A DNA stretch of 64,000 bases from Octopus sinensis (taxonomy: Eukaryota), in assembly GCF_006345805.1 (NCBI RefSeq), contig NC_043001.1, positions 76,384,001 through 76,448,000 of the forward strand. The letters are read 5' to 3'. Every line of letters starts with the position of its first letter. Positions within the stretch are counted from its first letter, which is position 1. Below the pieces are notes generated by a model. The model searched no databases, was not told the origin of the DNA, and worked only from the letters and a program-made list of their open reading frames with translations. Shown here piece after piece: positions 26,437 through 40,189 of this stretch. The position numbers and the translations under genes are program-made.

Positions 26437-29400
26437 TATATTCTACAGAAAATAAAGGAATTCTCGAATGCCCAATGGTTGTGAAAACAACTTAGAAAAT
26501 CAGGTAAGTACACTTTAAGAAGGAGAGAAAAGTGGCCAATGAGCCTCTATAGAGACTTGAGCCCTGTACCTCCTAAATTTCGACTGAGCCCTCTGTATCA
26601 TTAAGCTAAGAGATCACTTTTTATAATTCTTTCTACTTTAGGCACAAGGCCTGGAATTTGAGGGGACGGGAATAGTCAGTTACATCGACTCCAGTACCTG
26701 TTGGTACTTAATTTATTAACCCCGAAAGGATGAAAGACAAAGTCGGCCTCGGTTTAATTTGATCTCAGAACGTAAACGTGGACGAAATGTCGCTAAGCAT
26801 TTCGTCCGGCGTACTAACGATTCTACCAGCGCATCGCCTTTATATCTTTTTATAATGCGAAGTAATAGCTATTGAAATGTGAGAATATTTTGTAAACAAA
26901 TTTATAAGCGCCGAGTGTGTCGGTATTTTTTTTTTAAATTTAAGGAATTCTCGAACGCAGGATGGCTGTGAAGACAGCTTAGAAAATTGGGTAAATACTC
27001 CTTAGAGGACGGGAAAAGTAACCAATAAGCTTCTACAGGGAATCCAGCCCTGTAACTCTGAAATTCCGGCGGAGATCTCTGTACCATTAAGCTAAGAGAT
27101 CCCTGACAACATGGTTGAAATAATTTGAAACTAAATATTTTTTAACCAAATTCAATACAGGACTAAATTAATTACCTCCCTTGTATCATACAGTTATCTC
27201 CCTTACATCATAGACGTTCACTACTGAATGTCATCGGTGTTGTGATTTTTACATCGTGGAAATATGTAAGTCATTTGTAATCCATTGTTGAGAATCCCTA
27301 GCGACAAAACCAAGTTCTGAGTATTGTTAATGTTGTATTAAAACAGTGGCAGCAATGCAATGAAGTTCAACATGAAGTTGTACCCATAAAGAAAGTAAAA
27401 GAACAAAACAGGAGTGTAAAGAAAAGAAAGATGATATTCAGACATTCACATGGTGCTCCATGGCAGTGAGGTGCTGGTAGATTTGAAGATAACACTCTTA
27501 TTCGCAAGCTATGCTGTACGTTGACCTGATTTGACTAGAAAAAGTTCAGATTGTTGAGTGGACGGTGCCTTGGGAAGATAAGATGATAATACGGAATAAG
27601 CATTTGAATGAATAGTCTGAAATAGTGTTTCTCAACCATTTCTTTTTTACCTATGGGTCTCTTTGATTCCTATTTTACTCAGATGGACCCACCTAGCCAT
27701 ATGATGTTTAAAAAATCCTGTTATATTTTTATAATCTAATATTGTTAGGAATTATATCAACAATTATTAAAATATTAGGAATGATATAAAACAATTATTA
27801 AAATATTTTGTGCACTGTAAAAATATAACAAATTTATTGGAGATAAACTTTAACAGCGAAATTTTATATGGAACACCATGTACCATATGGATCCTGGTAG
27901 AGAACCACTGGTCTAAAATATCAAGGGTTTAAGAAAGCGCTTAATGGGTTATTTGTAATATTAATGAAATTTGTTTAATGGGTGGAAACCCAGGTTCAGC
28001 TTTTTTACAAACAAGGTTGATTCTTTCAATCTTAATATAAAAACAAACACAAGTATTATAATGATGATAATTATTATTACATTTATACACTATTCAAATC
28101 AGATAAATCTTATAATTGGAATGTAATGTTTCCAATGACTGATTGGAAAAATTACTTTCCAAAAATGTTTCTCCAATCATTCGTTCTGGTGAAGTTTTTC
28201 AGGACACTGTTCAAAGTATTTTCATTGCCTCCAAAAAATTTTAGGGAGGTGCACTTATACCCATGGCACCCCTGTTCCCAAGCTTGTGAGAAAGCATGAG
28301 GTATGAAGATGGTGGTGTACAGTGCTTCTAGGAGACAAGGAATGTTTTGGGTCTCTGACAAAATCCATTATGGCCTACATAGCTGGCATTAGACTTAGGA
28401 ATCACAGCAAAGCAATGACTTGTAAGATGGAGAGAAGAATGAAGAAAATATTTCATCATGGATGATGTAGATGTAGGCGAGAAAAAGACCAAAAAACAAA
28501 TTTTCAGTAATGCTTCTCTTCTAATTGATATTTTTCTATGCTGCTTACTGTCATGCAAGCTTTTTATGCCTGTCTCTTAGTTTTTATGGCTATTTTTGCA
28601 GTGTTATTCCACTACCAAATCACAGGACCTTGACAGTTGACCTCAGCAAGTTGTCTTTTAGAAGCACACATGTAATAATGAGTCTCTATCACTTTTCTTT
28701 CATAAACATCATTTAGAACTTGCCTGAATTCAAGACCAGCTGATAGATAAAGTAAAGTATGGGTTGTTGTTCTTCTGCATTTATCATGGGTGCTGTGTCT
28801 AAAGCAACCAAGTAGGTTTTGAGTTGGGTTATTTGTAATATTAATCAAGGCAGACTTGTAAAATGGCTATATACAAGATATAATAATGTAATATTTGCCT
28901 GAAAATGTGAACTCCATCAGGTTCTGATGCTCTATAGCAGACTTGTGAAATTAAACACCTTCCAATCTCCATTCCAGAGATTTCTTCCTATTCTAATTGC
29001 CTGATTTACTTGAACTATTATTCCATAACAGTTTATAAGTAAGTTTTTTTTCTCTCTTAACTCTTTAAACCTTATCTTTTACTTGTTTCAGTCATTAAAC
29101 TACAGCCATGCTGGAGCACTGCTTTGAAGAATCTGTTAGTCAAATGAATTAATCCCAGCGCTTATATTTCTAAGTCCTGGTATTTATTTCATTGGTCTCT
29201 TTTACTGAGCTGTTTGGTTACATGGACATAAATACACCAGCACTACTTGTCAAGTCGTGGGGGTAAGGACAAACACAGATACATATGCATAGATATATAC
29301 ACACATATATATATACACACTCACAACGGACTTCTTTTAGTTTCCGTCTACCAAATCCACTCACAAGGCTTTGGTTAGCCATGCAGAGGGCCTGAACCTG

Positions 29401-32067
29401 GAACCATGTGGTCAAGAAGCAATCTTTTTACCACACAGCCACACCTGTGCCTTTATGATTTATTTATCCTTGGAAGCCTTTCAGTCCAAATAAGAGGATA
29501 AGCTGTCTACCCTCTTTTCTTAATTCAGATTTTAAAAACATTTGGTTACAATCACCTCCTAATGATCTAATTTAAAACAAATTTCTATAAAATCTTCAGT
29601 AGTAACTATACAATAAATACTGCTTAATATACTGTTAAGATAAATTCACTCATTTAAGAATGTGAATTTCTTTTTATGCAAAGTTTTTTTCTTTCAGTCA
29701 CCAGCCTTCACCAGAGATATCAACAGTACTACAATATCTTATTAGAATCATCTTTTATAGAAATTAACTTCATTTGAAACTGTAGCTGTTTTTAACTTGG
29801 AATATTATTGCATAATGCGATGGACTATACAATAACTACTATTCAATATACTGTAAAGATAAATTTTTTCATTTAAAAATATAATGAACTTTTTTACACA
29901 ATAAGATTTTTTTTTCTCTTTTGGTCACTACCATCACCAAAGATATTTATTAGTACCATGGTATTTTATTAGAATTACCTTTTATAGAAACTAAGTCTTT
30001 ACCCATCACTAGGCTGCTGGTAAAAATATTTAACCATTCACATACTTTCTTTTAAAAGAGAAGCAGATCTCCAGCTGTCTGTCTGCCACAACATCTATTA
30101 GAGGGAAGTAAAGAAAGGGAGGAATCAAAATATACATCATAACTTATGTTTAGAAATAATAATAATAATTAACAGCAGTAATAATAATAATTCTTTCTTT
30201 TATAGGCACAAGGCCTGTATTTGGGGGCAAGGGGGCAAGTTGATTACGTCAACTCCAGTGTTTCATTGGTACTTATTTTATTGACCCTGAAAAGATAAAA
30301 GGCAAAGTTGACCTCAACAGAAATTGAACTCAGAATGTAGCAACGGATGAAATGCCACAAGATATTTTGCCCAGTGTGCTAACAATTCTGCCAGCTCACT
30401 ACCTTCAGCAATGATAATAATAATCCTTTCTACAAAAGGCACAAGGCCTGAAATTTTGTGGGAGGGGATAAGTTAATTACATCAACCTCAGTACTCAACT
30501 GATACTTATTTTATTGACCCCGATAGGATGAAAGGTAAAGTCAACCTCAGCGGAATTTGAACTCAGAACATAAAGATGGACAAAATGCTGCTAAGCATTT
30601 AAAGCCCAGTATATTAACTGGGCTTAACTAGGCACAGTAGTGGCTCTGTAGTAAGTAGCTTGCTTACTAACCACATGGTTCTGGGTTCAGTCCCACTGTG
30701 TGGCACCTTGGGCAAGTGTCTTCTACTATAGCCTCAGGCTGATCAAAGCCTTGTGAGTGGATTTGGTAGACGGAAACTGAAAGAAGCCCATTGTATATAT
30801 GTATGCTGGAGCACTGCTGTAGTTGAGCAAACTGACCCCAGGACTTATTCTTTGTAAGCCTAGTACTTATTCTATTGGTCTCTCTTGCCAAACTGCTAAG
30901 TTACGGGGACGTAAACACACCACCATCGGCTGTCAAGCGATGTTGGGGGGACAAACACAGACACACAAACAGGCAGTGCTCCAGCATGGCCGCAGTCAAA
31001 TTACTGAAACAAGTAAAAGAGTGTCGATTTTGCCAGCTCACTGCCTTCAGCAATAATAACAAAATTGATGATAATACTAATCAGAGTAAATCTGTGGAGG
31101 GAATCTGACTTTCAAAACTATGCAGAAGTTCAAATTTGGAAAAGCATTTCCACTAAAATATATATTCTTTTTATGGTTTTACTTGTTTCAATCATTGGAC
31201 TGCAGCCATGCTGGGGCACTGCCTTGAAGGGTTTAGTTGAACAAATTGACACCAGCAATATTTTAAGCCTAATACTTATTCTATCAGTGTCTTTTTGCTG
31301 AACCACAAAGTTGTCAAGCAGTGGCGGGGGGAGGGGAATGAAGACATACATAAATAACTACATACATCATCATCATCATCATTTAAAGTCCATTTTTCCA
31401 TGTTGGCATGGGTCAGATTGTTTGACCAGAACTGATAAGGCCAGGGGCTGCACCAGGCGCCATTGTCTGTTCTGGCATGGTTTCTACAGTTGGATGCCTT
31501 CCTAATGCCAACCACTCCACAGAGTGCACTGGGTGCTTTTTATGTGACACCAACGCCAGTGCTTTTAACATGACACCAGCATGAGTGCTTTTTTATACAT
31601 ATATGAATATATACTAAATCCACTCACAAGGCTTTGGTTGGACCAAAGCTACAGAAAAAGACACTTAATCAAGGTACCACATAGGGGGATTGAGCCTAAA
31701 ATAAAATGGTTAGGAAGCAAACATTTTAATCACACAACCATGCCTGTGCCTATAGATATTTACAAAGATTTCACCATCTTATTCCCAAAAAGTCCATTTC
31801 TTTTATATGATATATTATTTGAGAAGTACAAGATATTTGGACAATCCTTTCAAAGTACTGTTTGTTTATTTAATAAATATATCAAGCCAATTTCTGCTCT
31901 CATTTTACTGTATTTATGCATTCATCTTCAATGTTTGGTGAGAGTAAATTATCAATGTAACAGATAGTTGGAGATCCACTAAAGATAAATTTCTGCCTGT
32001 CAGAGCAGAGAGCAAACAGAATAAATATTTTATCTTTTATCTTCTATTTTTTACTAGCTTTAGTCAT

Positions 32068-32234
32068 TAGGTGCAGGAGTGGCTGTGTGGTAATTAGCTT
32101 GCTTACCGACCACATGGTTCCGGGTTCAGTCCCACTGTGGGGCACCTTGGGCAAGTGTCTTCTACTATAGCCAACCAAAGCCTTGTGAGTGGATTTGGTA
32201 GACGGAAACTGAAAGAAGCCCATCGTATATATGC

Positions 32235-32281
<47 letters not shown>

Positions 32282-32480
32282 TGTGTGTCTGTGTTTGTCC
32301 CCCCAACATCGCTTGACAACCGATGGTGGTGTGTTTACGTCCCCGTAACTTAGCAGTTTGGCAAGAGAGACCAATAGAATAAGTACTAGGCTTACAAAGA
32401 ATAAGTCCTGGGGTCAGTTTGCTCAACTACAGGCAGTGCTCCAGCATGGCCGCAGTCAAATGACTGAAACAAGTAAAATA
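32068..32480 (+). mobile_element. CORE-type SINE family A with internal microsatellite; other copies at about 21105-21525(-), 29075-29450(-), 30640-31020(+), 32690-33095(-), 34190-34640(-), 19250-19420(+), 52030-52190(+)
   Basis: tRNA-like head, CACCTTGGGCAAGTG CORE-like motif, (TA)n/(TG)n tract and conserved tail ...GACTGAAACAAGTAAAA. Confidence 0.85.
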
Positions 32481-32892
32481 GTAAAGTAACTTAGTGGTTC
32501 AGCAAACAAGTCTGATATAATATTTGACCTCAAAGCTGTGCATTGCATCAGCATGGCTGCAGTCTATTTTTACTACTAAGTAAAATAGTAAATAGTAGTA
32601 AAAATAGACTGCAGCCATGCTGATGCAATGCACAGCTTTGAGGTCAAATATTATATCAGACTTGTTTGCTGAACCACTAAGTTACTTTACTCTTTTACTT
32701 GTTTCAGTCATTTGACTGCGGCCATGCTGGAGCACCGCCTTTAGTTGAGCAAATCGACCCCAGGAGTTATTCTTTGGAAGCCTAGTACTTATTTTATCTG
32801 TCTCTTTTGCCGAGCCGCTAAGTTACGGGGATGTAAACACACCAGCATCAGTTGTCAACCAATGTTGGGGGAACAAACACACACACGCAAAC

Positions 32893-32931
<39 letters not shown>

Positions 32932-33336
32932 CATATATACGACAGGCTTCTTTCAGTTTCCATCTACCAAATCCACTCACAAGGCTTTGGTCGGCCCGAG
33001 GCTATAGTAGAAGACACTTGCCCAAGGTGCCATGCAGTGGGACTGAACCCAGAACCATGTGGTCGGTAAGCAAGCTACTTACCACACACCCACTCCTGGT
33101 TCAAATGTAATGCATAATTGGTTTCAAACTTTGGCACCAGACCAGCAATATCGGGGGAGAGGCTCAATCAATTACATCGGTCCCAGCATTCAACTGGTAT
33201 TTATCTTATTGACCCTGGAAGGATGACATGCAAAGTCAAGCTCAGCGGAATTTGAACTCAGAATGTAAAGATAGATGAAATGATGCTAAGCATTTTGCCC
33301 TGTGAGTTAATGATTCTGCCAGCTCGCCACCTTAAA

Positions 33337-33738
33337 TCTATACATATAAAGCTGAAGTTGTCTATGTGTGTGTTTGGCAGGTTTGGTAGCCTTCAACTAA
33401 CACTATCTCCTCCGAGACCCTGCGACGCAAGTTGACCAAAATTGAGAGTATGATAGAAGAAGGCTTGCTCTTCATTCCGTAGAAGAAAAAATTCAAATCA
33501 GACCATGTTAAGACCAAAAATTATTTACATCAAAAAGGTGCTTTTTTTCTATGAAAATCCCTATTTTTTACGATATTTTGACTGCTGTGTCACCATTTTT
33601 CTGTGTATCTCAACCAGAAAGATGTTCACTTAAAGAGAATAACAAGCTACATAATGCAAAACTTTTACTTTTCAAAACTACCAATTCTAAAGGGTCGAAA
33701 AGAAAACAAACCTGAGCAACGCCAAGCTATACTGCTAG
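33337..33738 (+). mobile_element. Non-autonomous Helitron (402 bp)
   Basis: A|TC start, GAGCAACGCC 3' motif, CTAG|T end, no TSD, inserted between A and T. Confidence 0.8.
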
Positions 33739-36236
33739 TGTAATGCATAATTAAGAAAGAATGAAAAGTGGATTTCATATTGAATACTTCCATTGGTGAT
33801 GAATATCACAAGTAGACTTTTACAAATGATATGATGACAAATATCTCATTATCACAGCAGATTCTGACTTTTAGAATAATGTGCAAAGGTGAAGGTGATA
33901 ACATAGTTCTTAAATATACTTGTGGTTAATACAAAATAGATAACAATGCCCTTAGTTTCTATCGGTTCATAAGTTACAGAGCTTAATTTGTAAATGATAT
34001 CCATATATGGTATGGTATAGTGAGATGCACTGGAGGGAGGGGAGATGATTAATTAATGTAGCCCAAATAGATTATTTCTTTTCTAAAAGAACTAATTAGG
34101 TTTATTTTTATGTTATTTTTTTGTGGGTTTTTTCATGTAAACAAACTGTTCTAAAGGAATTGGTATAAATTAGATATATTTTTTTATCTTTTATTTGCTT
34201 CGGTTATTGGTCTAAGGTCATGTTGGGTCATAGCCTTGGATGGTTCAATCAAACAAATCAACCCCAGTATTTATTTTTTTTTAACATTGATAATTATTCT
34301 ATCAGTGTCTGTTGCCAAAATGCATGGTATCAGTGACATAAACAAACCAACACTGGTTGTCAAGCAATGGTGAAGGAGAAACACAAGCACACATATTAGA
34401 TAGGTAGACAGACAAATAGATAAACAGACAGACAGACAGATAGATAGATAAATAGATAGATAGATAGATAGATAGGTACATAGGTAGACAGACAGACACA
34501 TGATGGGCTTCTTTCATCTTCTGTCTACCAAATCCACTGACAAGGCTTTGGTTGGCTGGGGCTATAGTAGAAGACACTTACCCAAGGTGCCATACAGTGA
34601 GAATGAACCCACAACTATGTGGTGGGGAAGGAAACTTCTTACCACACAGTCACACCTTAATAAATGCCACATCATATCAACATATAGCTCTTCTGTGGTT
34701 TTCAGTTGTTATAATCTGTTTCTCCCCCCCCCCTCTCTCTTACTCTCTCTTCAGAGAGAAAGAACCAAATCTCTTTCTGATTCATTCTACTCCATCCCTC
34801 TAATTCACCTCATTTTGTTCTTGAGCTGAAAGTATGTGTTAAAACAGATTTTGTATCTCAGAAGGAAATTATGCCAATAGTGAATACACAGTGCTTTGAT
34901 TGACCCACCAAATGATCAATTAAAAGTCAAATACTTAACTGCTTGACTAATAATGATACTAAAAATAATCCTTTCTACTGATGCATGGCCTGAAATTTAG
35001 GGGGACGGGACTCGTTTACCTCAAACCCAGTGTTTCACTGGTACTTATTTATCAACCCTGAAAGGCTGAAAAGCAAAGTCAACCTCAGTGGAATTTGAAC
35101 TCAGAACATAGCATTGGACAAAATGCCACTCAGCATTTTGCCCAGCATGCTAACGATTCAAATAATAATAATAATAATAATTCATCCTTTTAAAAACAAC
35201 ATGAAATGACAAAACAGGTTGATACAAAGGATTTTAAAATGTATAAATAAAATAACAAACAAAATTAAACACCTAAAACTGACAATAGGAGGAGGTGCTT
35301 TAAGGTTACTCATGGAAAAACCCATAAAAGCCATGGGTGCCTGACCAACAGGGAAAGAGCCTTTCTCCTTTTTTTTTTCTTTTTTTACACAGGCACATGC
35401 TTAAAATGGATCCATTCACACTGGCCATTTTCCTGACATTCACCCACCTTTCAGCAAATTTGCTAGAAGGCAGCACTTCCCTCTCCACCCTCACTTTCCT
35501 TTTCCGTTTCTGAGGCCTTGGCCAAAGAGGAAAATGTCTGTTAGCCCTTTCAAACGTTCCACCACACTACCTCTTTTGCTACAGCCTCCAGACAAATAAA
35601 AATTGCCTGGCCAAAGGAGGGTAGTGGGGTAAGATTCACTATGAATTCAGGTAATAGCCGAATTCGTCCTACATGCAATAATAATAATAAATAAATGCCC
35701 TGATGCAGTACCAAGCACTGGCTCTCATGGCTTCTGATCTTAACTGATTGGAAGTGTTATCATGTACATGCTTTGAATAAAAAACGGACTACAATAAATA
35801 TTTGGCTCAATACCACAGATTTGCTTGACAGTTGCTTGACTTTAACCAGTTGAGAATGCTCCTTAGTGGCTGACGATATGTACATCTCTGATTACAAGCA
35901 GAAGCAGTGGGGGATCATCATAGCCATGTGTTGAGAGAAATTCTTTGGAATCTAAATAATTCACCTCTGGAAACATGTGTGTTTCGTTCAACATCCTTAA
36001 ACAACCCTTATTCAAGGAACATTTGCATGAGATGTGCCACTCAACCTGAAGTAAATTCTAACTGGACCCCACCTGCAAGGTCGTATGCTGTTTATTTTTA
36101 TATGAAATCATCATGTCACACATATATGGTCGTGATGCATGTGCCTGGTGTACCCTTATCAAATGGGTAGTCATGATGGGTATAATATTTTACCTTAGTG
36201 TCACTTTGATGGCATGCACTGCTCTCTCACTCACTC

Positions 36237-36294
<58 letters not shown>

Positions 36295-38149
36295 GAAGTG
36301 AAATAGAACTAGCACAACAAAGATCGTGAGGTGACAGAATCGTTAGCAAGCCGTACAAAATACTTAGATTTCTTCAGAATTTACAATTTGAGTTCAAATT
36401 CCACCGTGGTCGACATTGCCTTTCATCCTTTTGTGGCCAATAAAATAAATATCAGGCAAACACTGGGATCGATGTAATCGGCTCGCGCTCTAGCAAAACA
36501 AAATTTCTGGCCTCGTGCCTATAAGTAGATAGGCTTATGAAATATAAAATTTTTCAAACACAAAAAAAAATTATTTGTATACAAAGGGAAATAACCTGTA
36601 CAGGCATAATTGAAGTTACGTCCCTTGGACAGATTAACGTTTTAACACGTTATGATTTGTATATTTGAGGCTAATTTTACATTTAATCTCTCCGATCCAG
36701 GTCCAGTACACTATTCTTGAGTTATAATTAATATGTAATTCCAGCACAACTTTAAATAAATACGTCCCCGTTTTTTTCTTTTACTCATCAAGGGTTGTAA
36801 TTCCTCTTTAAAATGCTACTGAGGGAGATTTCGCTGTTATTTCTTTCTAATGGGGCGCGTGTGCTACAGGAATATAATACCTGTTTTTTTTTTTTTGTTT
36901 TTTTTTTACAGTGCTAAATCAGAGTAGATGGCTAAAAGCTTGGCTAATACTCTATTATTATTTCTGTGGACGTACAGAATAGTTTTAATACGAGTTAACT
37001 TTTTTATAAAATTAAAACTACAGTAATAACTCACTTTACGAGGGCCTGCTTTACGGATCATCGGATTTACGAGTTTGTATAGGAGTGCTTGTGAATCGGC
37101 GATCGCGTCTACAAGTGATGGTGTGCACGAGTCTAGTGCACACTATAATTCAGGAAATGATTATAATAATAATTTTTTTTTTATAAATGATCTTGACATT
37201 CTTTTTACTTTACATAAAATATTCTTTACATTCTACTGTTGTTTTATTGTCATTTACTTACGAGTATCATAAATTTTATGGGTAACATATTCTTCTAGAA
37301 ATGAATTACGATTTATAACATTGCTATTATGGGAAATTACTGCTCTGCTTTACAAGTTTACACTTTACGAGCGATCTCCGGGAACAAATTAGCTTGTTTT
37401 TAGGTGTTCTTTTTTTTTTTTTTACTTTTCTTTGTCTTGCAAGTATTTGGTGACCCTGTCAGTGCAGGCGCCACTTAAAAGTACCCAGTCCACACTGTAA
37501 AGTGAATGGTGTTCAGAAGGGCAACCAGCTGTAAAAACCATGCTAAAACTGACCTTGCCAGTGCTTGTGCCATGTAAAAAGCACTAAGTCCACTCTGCTG
37601 AGTGCTTGGAGTTAGGAAGGGCTTCCAGCTCTAAAAACCATGCCAAAACAGTCACAGAAGTCTGGTGCAGGCTTCTACCTAGCCCAGCTCTTGTCAAACC
37701 GTCCCACCCATCAAAGGCAGACTTTAAATGATGATGATGAAATCGAGGCATTACTGTAGCTTTAAATACAACAATTGTTAATTTTATACGGTAAGCATTC
37801 GGAAAATACAATCTTTTATTCTTCTCTTTGTTTCAGTCATTGGACTGCTGTCATGCTGGCACACTGTTGCTTCGAAGGGTCTTAATCAAACAGATAAGGT
37901 CCAGTACTTATTCTACTAGCCTTTTATGCCAAACTGCTAAAGCACAGGCATTTAAGAAATAACATTACACTGGTTGTTAAGCAGTGTGGGAGGGGGAAAC
38001 ACAAAAAGACACACATATGTGATAGGTTTCTTTCAGTTCTGTCTACTAAATCTGCTCACAAGGCCTTAGTTTTGGGGGTTTTTTTTTGTATTTTTGACAT
38101 ACATACTCTGCCTTTATTTGAATTAATTTTGAAAAATCTTTCCTCTCAC

Positions 38150-39300
38150 AATATAGAAACTTTCTTGTGGCTCCAGCCAACAAAATGGAAAAGGCGCTGC
38201 CCCAGACGATAGCATGGGAGATGTGCTGGAACAACCATTCTGACTTGTAGAGCTCTCTCTTGTAGACAGACGCATCCGACCTGATGGCAGTGAGTAGGGA
38301 TATGGTCCTGAGGCCAAAAATGCTGGAGGTCTCCCCTGCCACAGGCTCTAACGATACCATGACAGTTTGCTTTTCTCAGCCTGACAAGCAGTGGAACCTG
38401 GGCTGGTAGCTGACAACACCATGTTATTGCTGGAAAAGGTGTCACAGCATGTGGTATCCCAGATAGAGGGCCACGGAACAAGAAAATTATCATAGTGTCC
38501 GGCCTTTTATAGTCCTTTCAGTCTAGCCCCACTGGCTTGAGCTGGGAAGAGTAGCCTGTGGCATCAAGGCCTAGCATTTTGATCTTGTTAAGGGTGGCAT
38601 GACTTGGAAAGCGACCAGCAATACAAGGGCATCATTGGTTGGAGGCTGAAAAATCTACAATAGATCCACAATAGCATTTATAAGGCTCACAGATCTGCAG
38701 GCCAAGTGTCAAGGAAATGCTGATGTGCATGCAGTCACCATTGAGCTGAGCAATGGGACCACATTGAGGTCAAGCTCCACTCTGAAGCTCAGAGGCTGAG
38801 CGGAAACATACCAGACAGTGCTGGTCAAGTCAGCACACTAACTCATCTGTAATCATGCCACACTGGATGGCATTTCATTTCTTTTGAGAAGACCAGACAT
38901 CCACAGAAAGGAGACGGGAATAGATGTCAGCAGAATGCAGGTCAAGCTGGCTCCATGCCACATAGGCCACCTCACGTTCCTCAATCATAGACAGTTCAGT
39001 TGTATTGGGAAGAGCCCTGTTAATGAAGGCAGCAAAAGGTCACTGATGATAGAAAAGCTGGCAGGGCTAGTGAGACGAGAGACTGAATGTTGAGGCCACC
39101 ATATCTGATGTAAAAGGTGGCTTGTTGCCATCCAGTGTCATCAAACCAAATGTTGCATATCCCTTCGACGGCCTATTGGATACAGGCATCAAGATCCATG
39201 AGGAGAGATACATGGTTGTAACAAAGGGCACTGCAGAAGGGTATGCAATAGCTTCAGCATGGTGAAGCAGTTCCTTAACAGTGTTAGGTGAGAGTTGACT
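38150..39300 (-). mobile_element. CRE-clade non-LTR retrotransposon remnant (zinc finger + restriction-like endonuclease)
   Basis: Across frames: LGLQICEPYKCYCGSIVD..AGRFPSHATLN..KPVGL..KRPD..WDTTCCDTF..AEKSK..EPVA.ETS.IFG..WLFQHIS.AI.WG.A.SIL. Confidence 0.7.
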
Positions 39301-40189
39301 GCCTTCAGTCTGTTCATGAATATTTCAAGATTCATGCCTAGACTTAAGCATGGAGCAGCTTTTTTTCAACAAATTTTATTCAACGAAAACAATAACAATA
39401 TTTAACAAAAACATCTTTAAATAATGGTCTAACTTTCTGCCAAGCAAATGGGCAGCAGTAATTGAAGTAGATGGTGAATATGCTCCAGAATAATCATTTA
39501 AAGCTGTTTTTGTTATATGTTGTTATTGTTTTTGTTGAATAAAATTTGTTGAAAAAAAAGCCGCAATAATTATGCACTAACCCAATATATTATCCAAAAT
39601 GTACAGTATTATATATCCATCATGATTGATCTTAGCAATCAGTTTCATGCAAGGAATACAATGGAGTGTTAGATAAAAATCCAATTAAATAACCTTATGC
39701 TCGTCAGAGTTAGCCAAAATGGAAGGGAATATGGCAATTGCTCTCTATTGTCAGAGGTGGTTTGCAGTTGCTGTGAAAAAGATGGTGAAACAAAAAAGGG
39801 CCAGGGGATTAGGTTAGGTATTATGTCCTTTGGTTGGGTATGTTGTAAGGCTGGTAAGAGTTATCTTGAAGTGTTTGTGGGGAAAGTGTGCATTATTAAG
39901 TGTGGTGCTCCTGTGGGGATGGGGTGTGTAATAGGTGTAGTGGTGTCATATACATAATTTTTTCCTAAGGTGTAGGTATATATAGTTGTGTTTGTTGGTC
40001 TGTTTTCTTTCTGTATGGGTTAAGGCTGTGGGGTATTTTATGTTAACATGCAGTGTGTAACGTGCGTGGTGGTCTATATATGTGTGAAGGAGTATATGTT
40101 GGGTGGGGGGGGAGACAGTCTATTTTGTGCGATGTCCACCTTGTAAGGGTGTGCGTGTGTACATGGGTGCATTGGTGTGTGCTCTGGTC

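Noticed and set aside
29590-30000. Diverged ~225-bp tandem duplication (also 26445-26620 vs 26940-27105, and 43270-43510 vs 45640-45890)
   Set aside because: Old AT-rich repeat fragments with no coding or structural signal.
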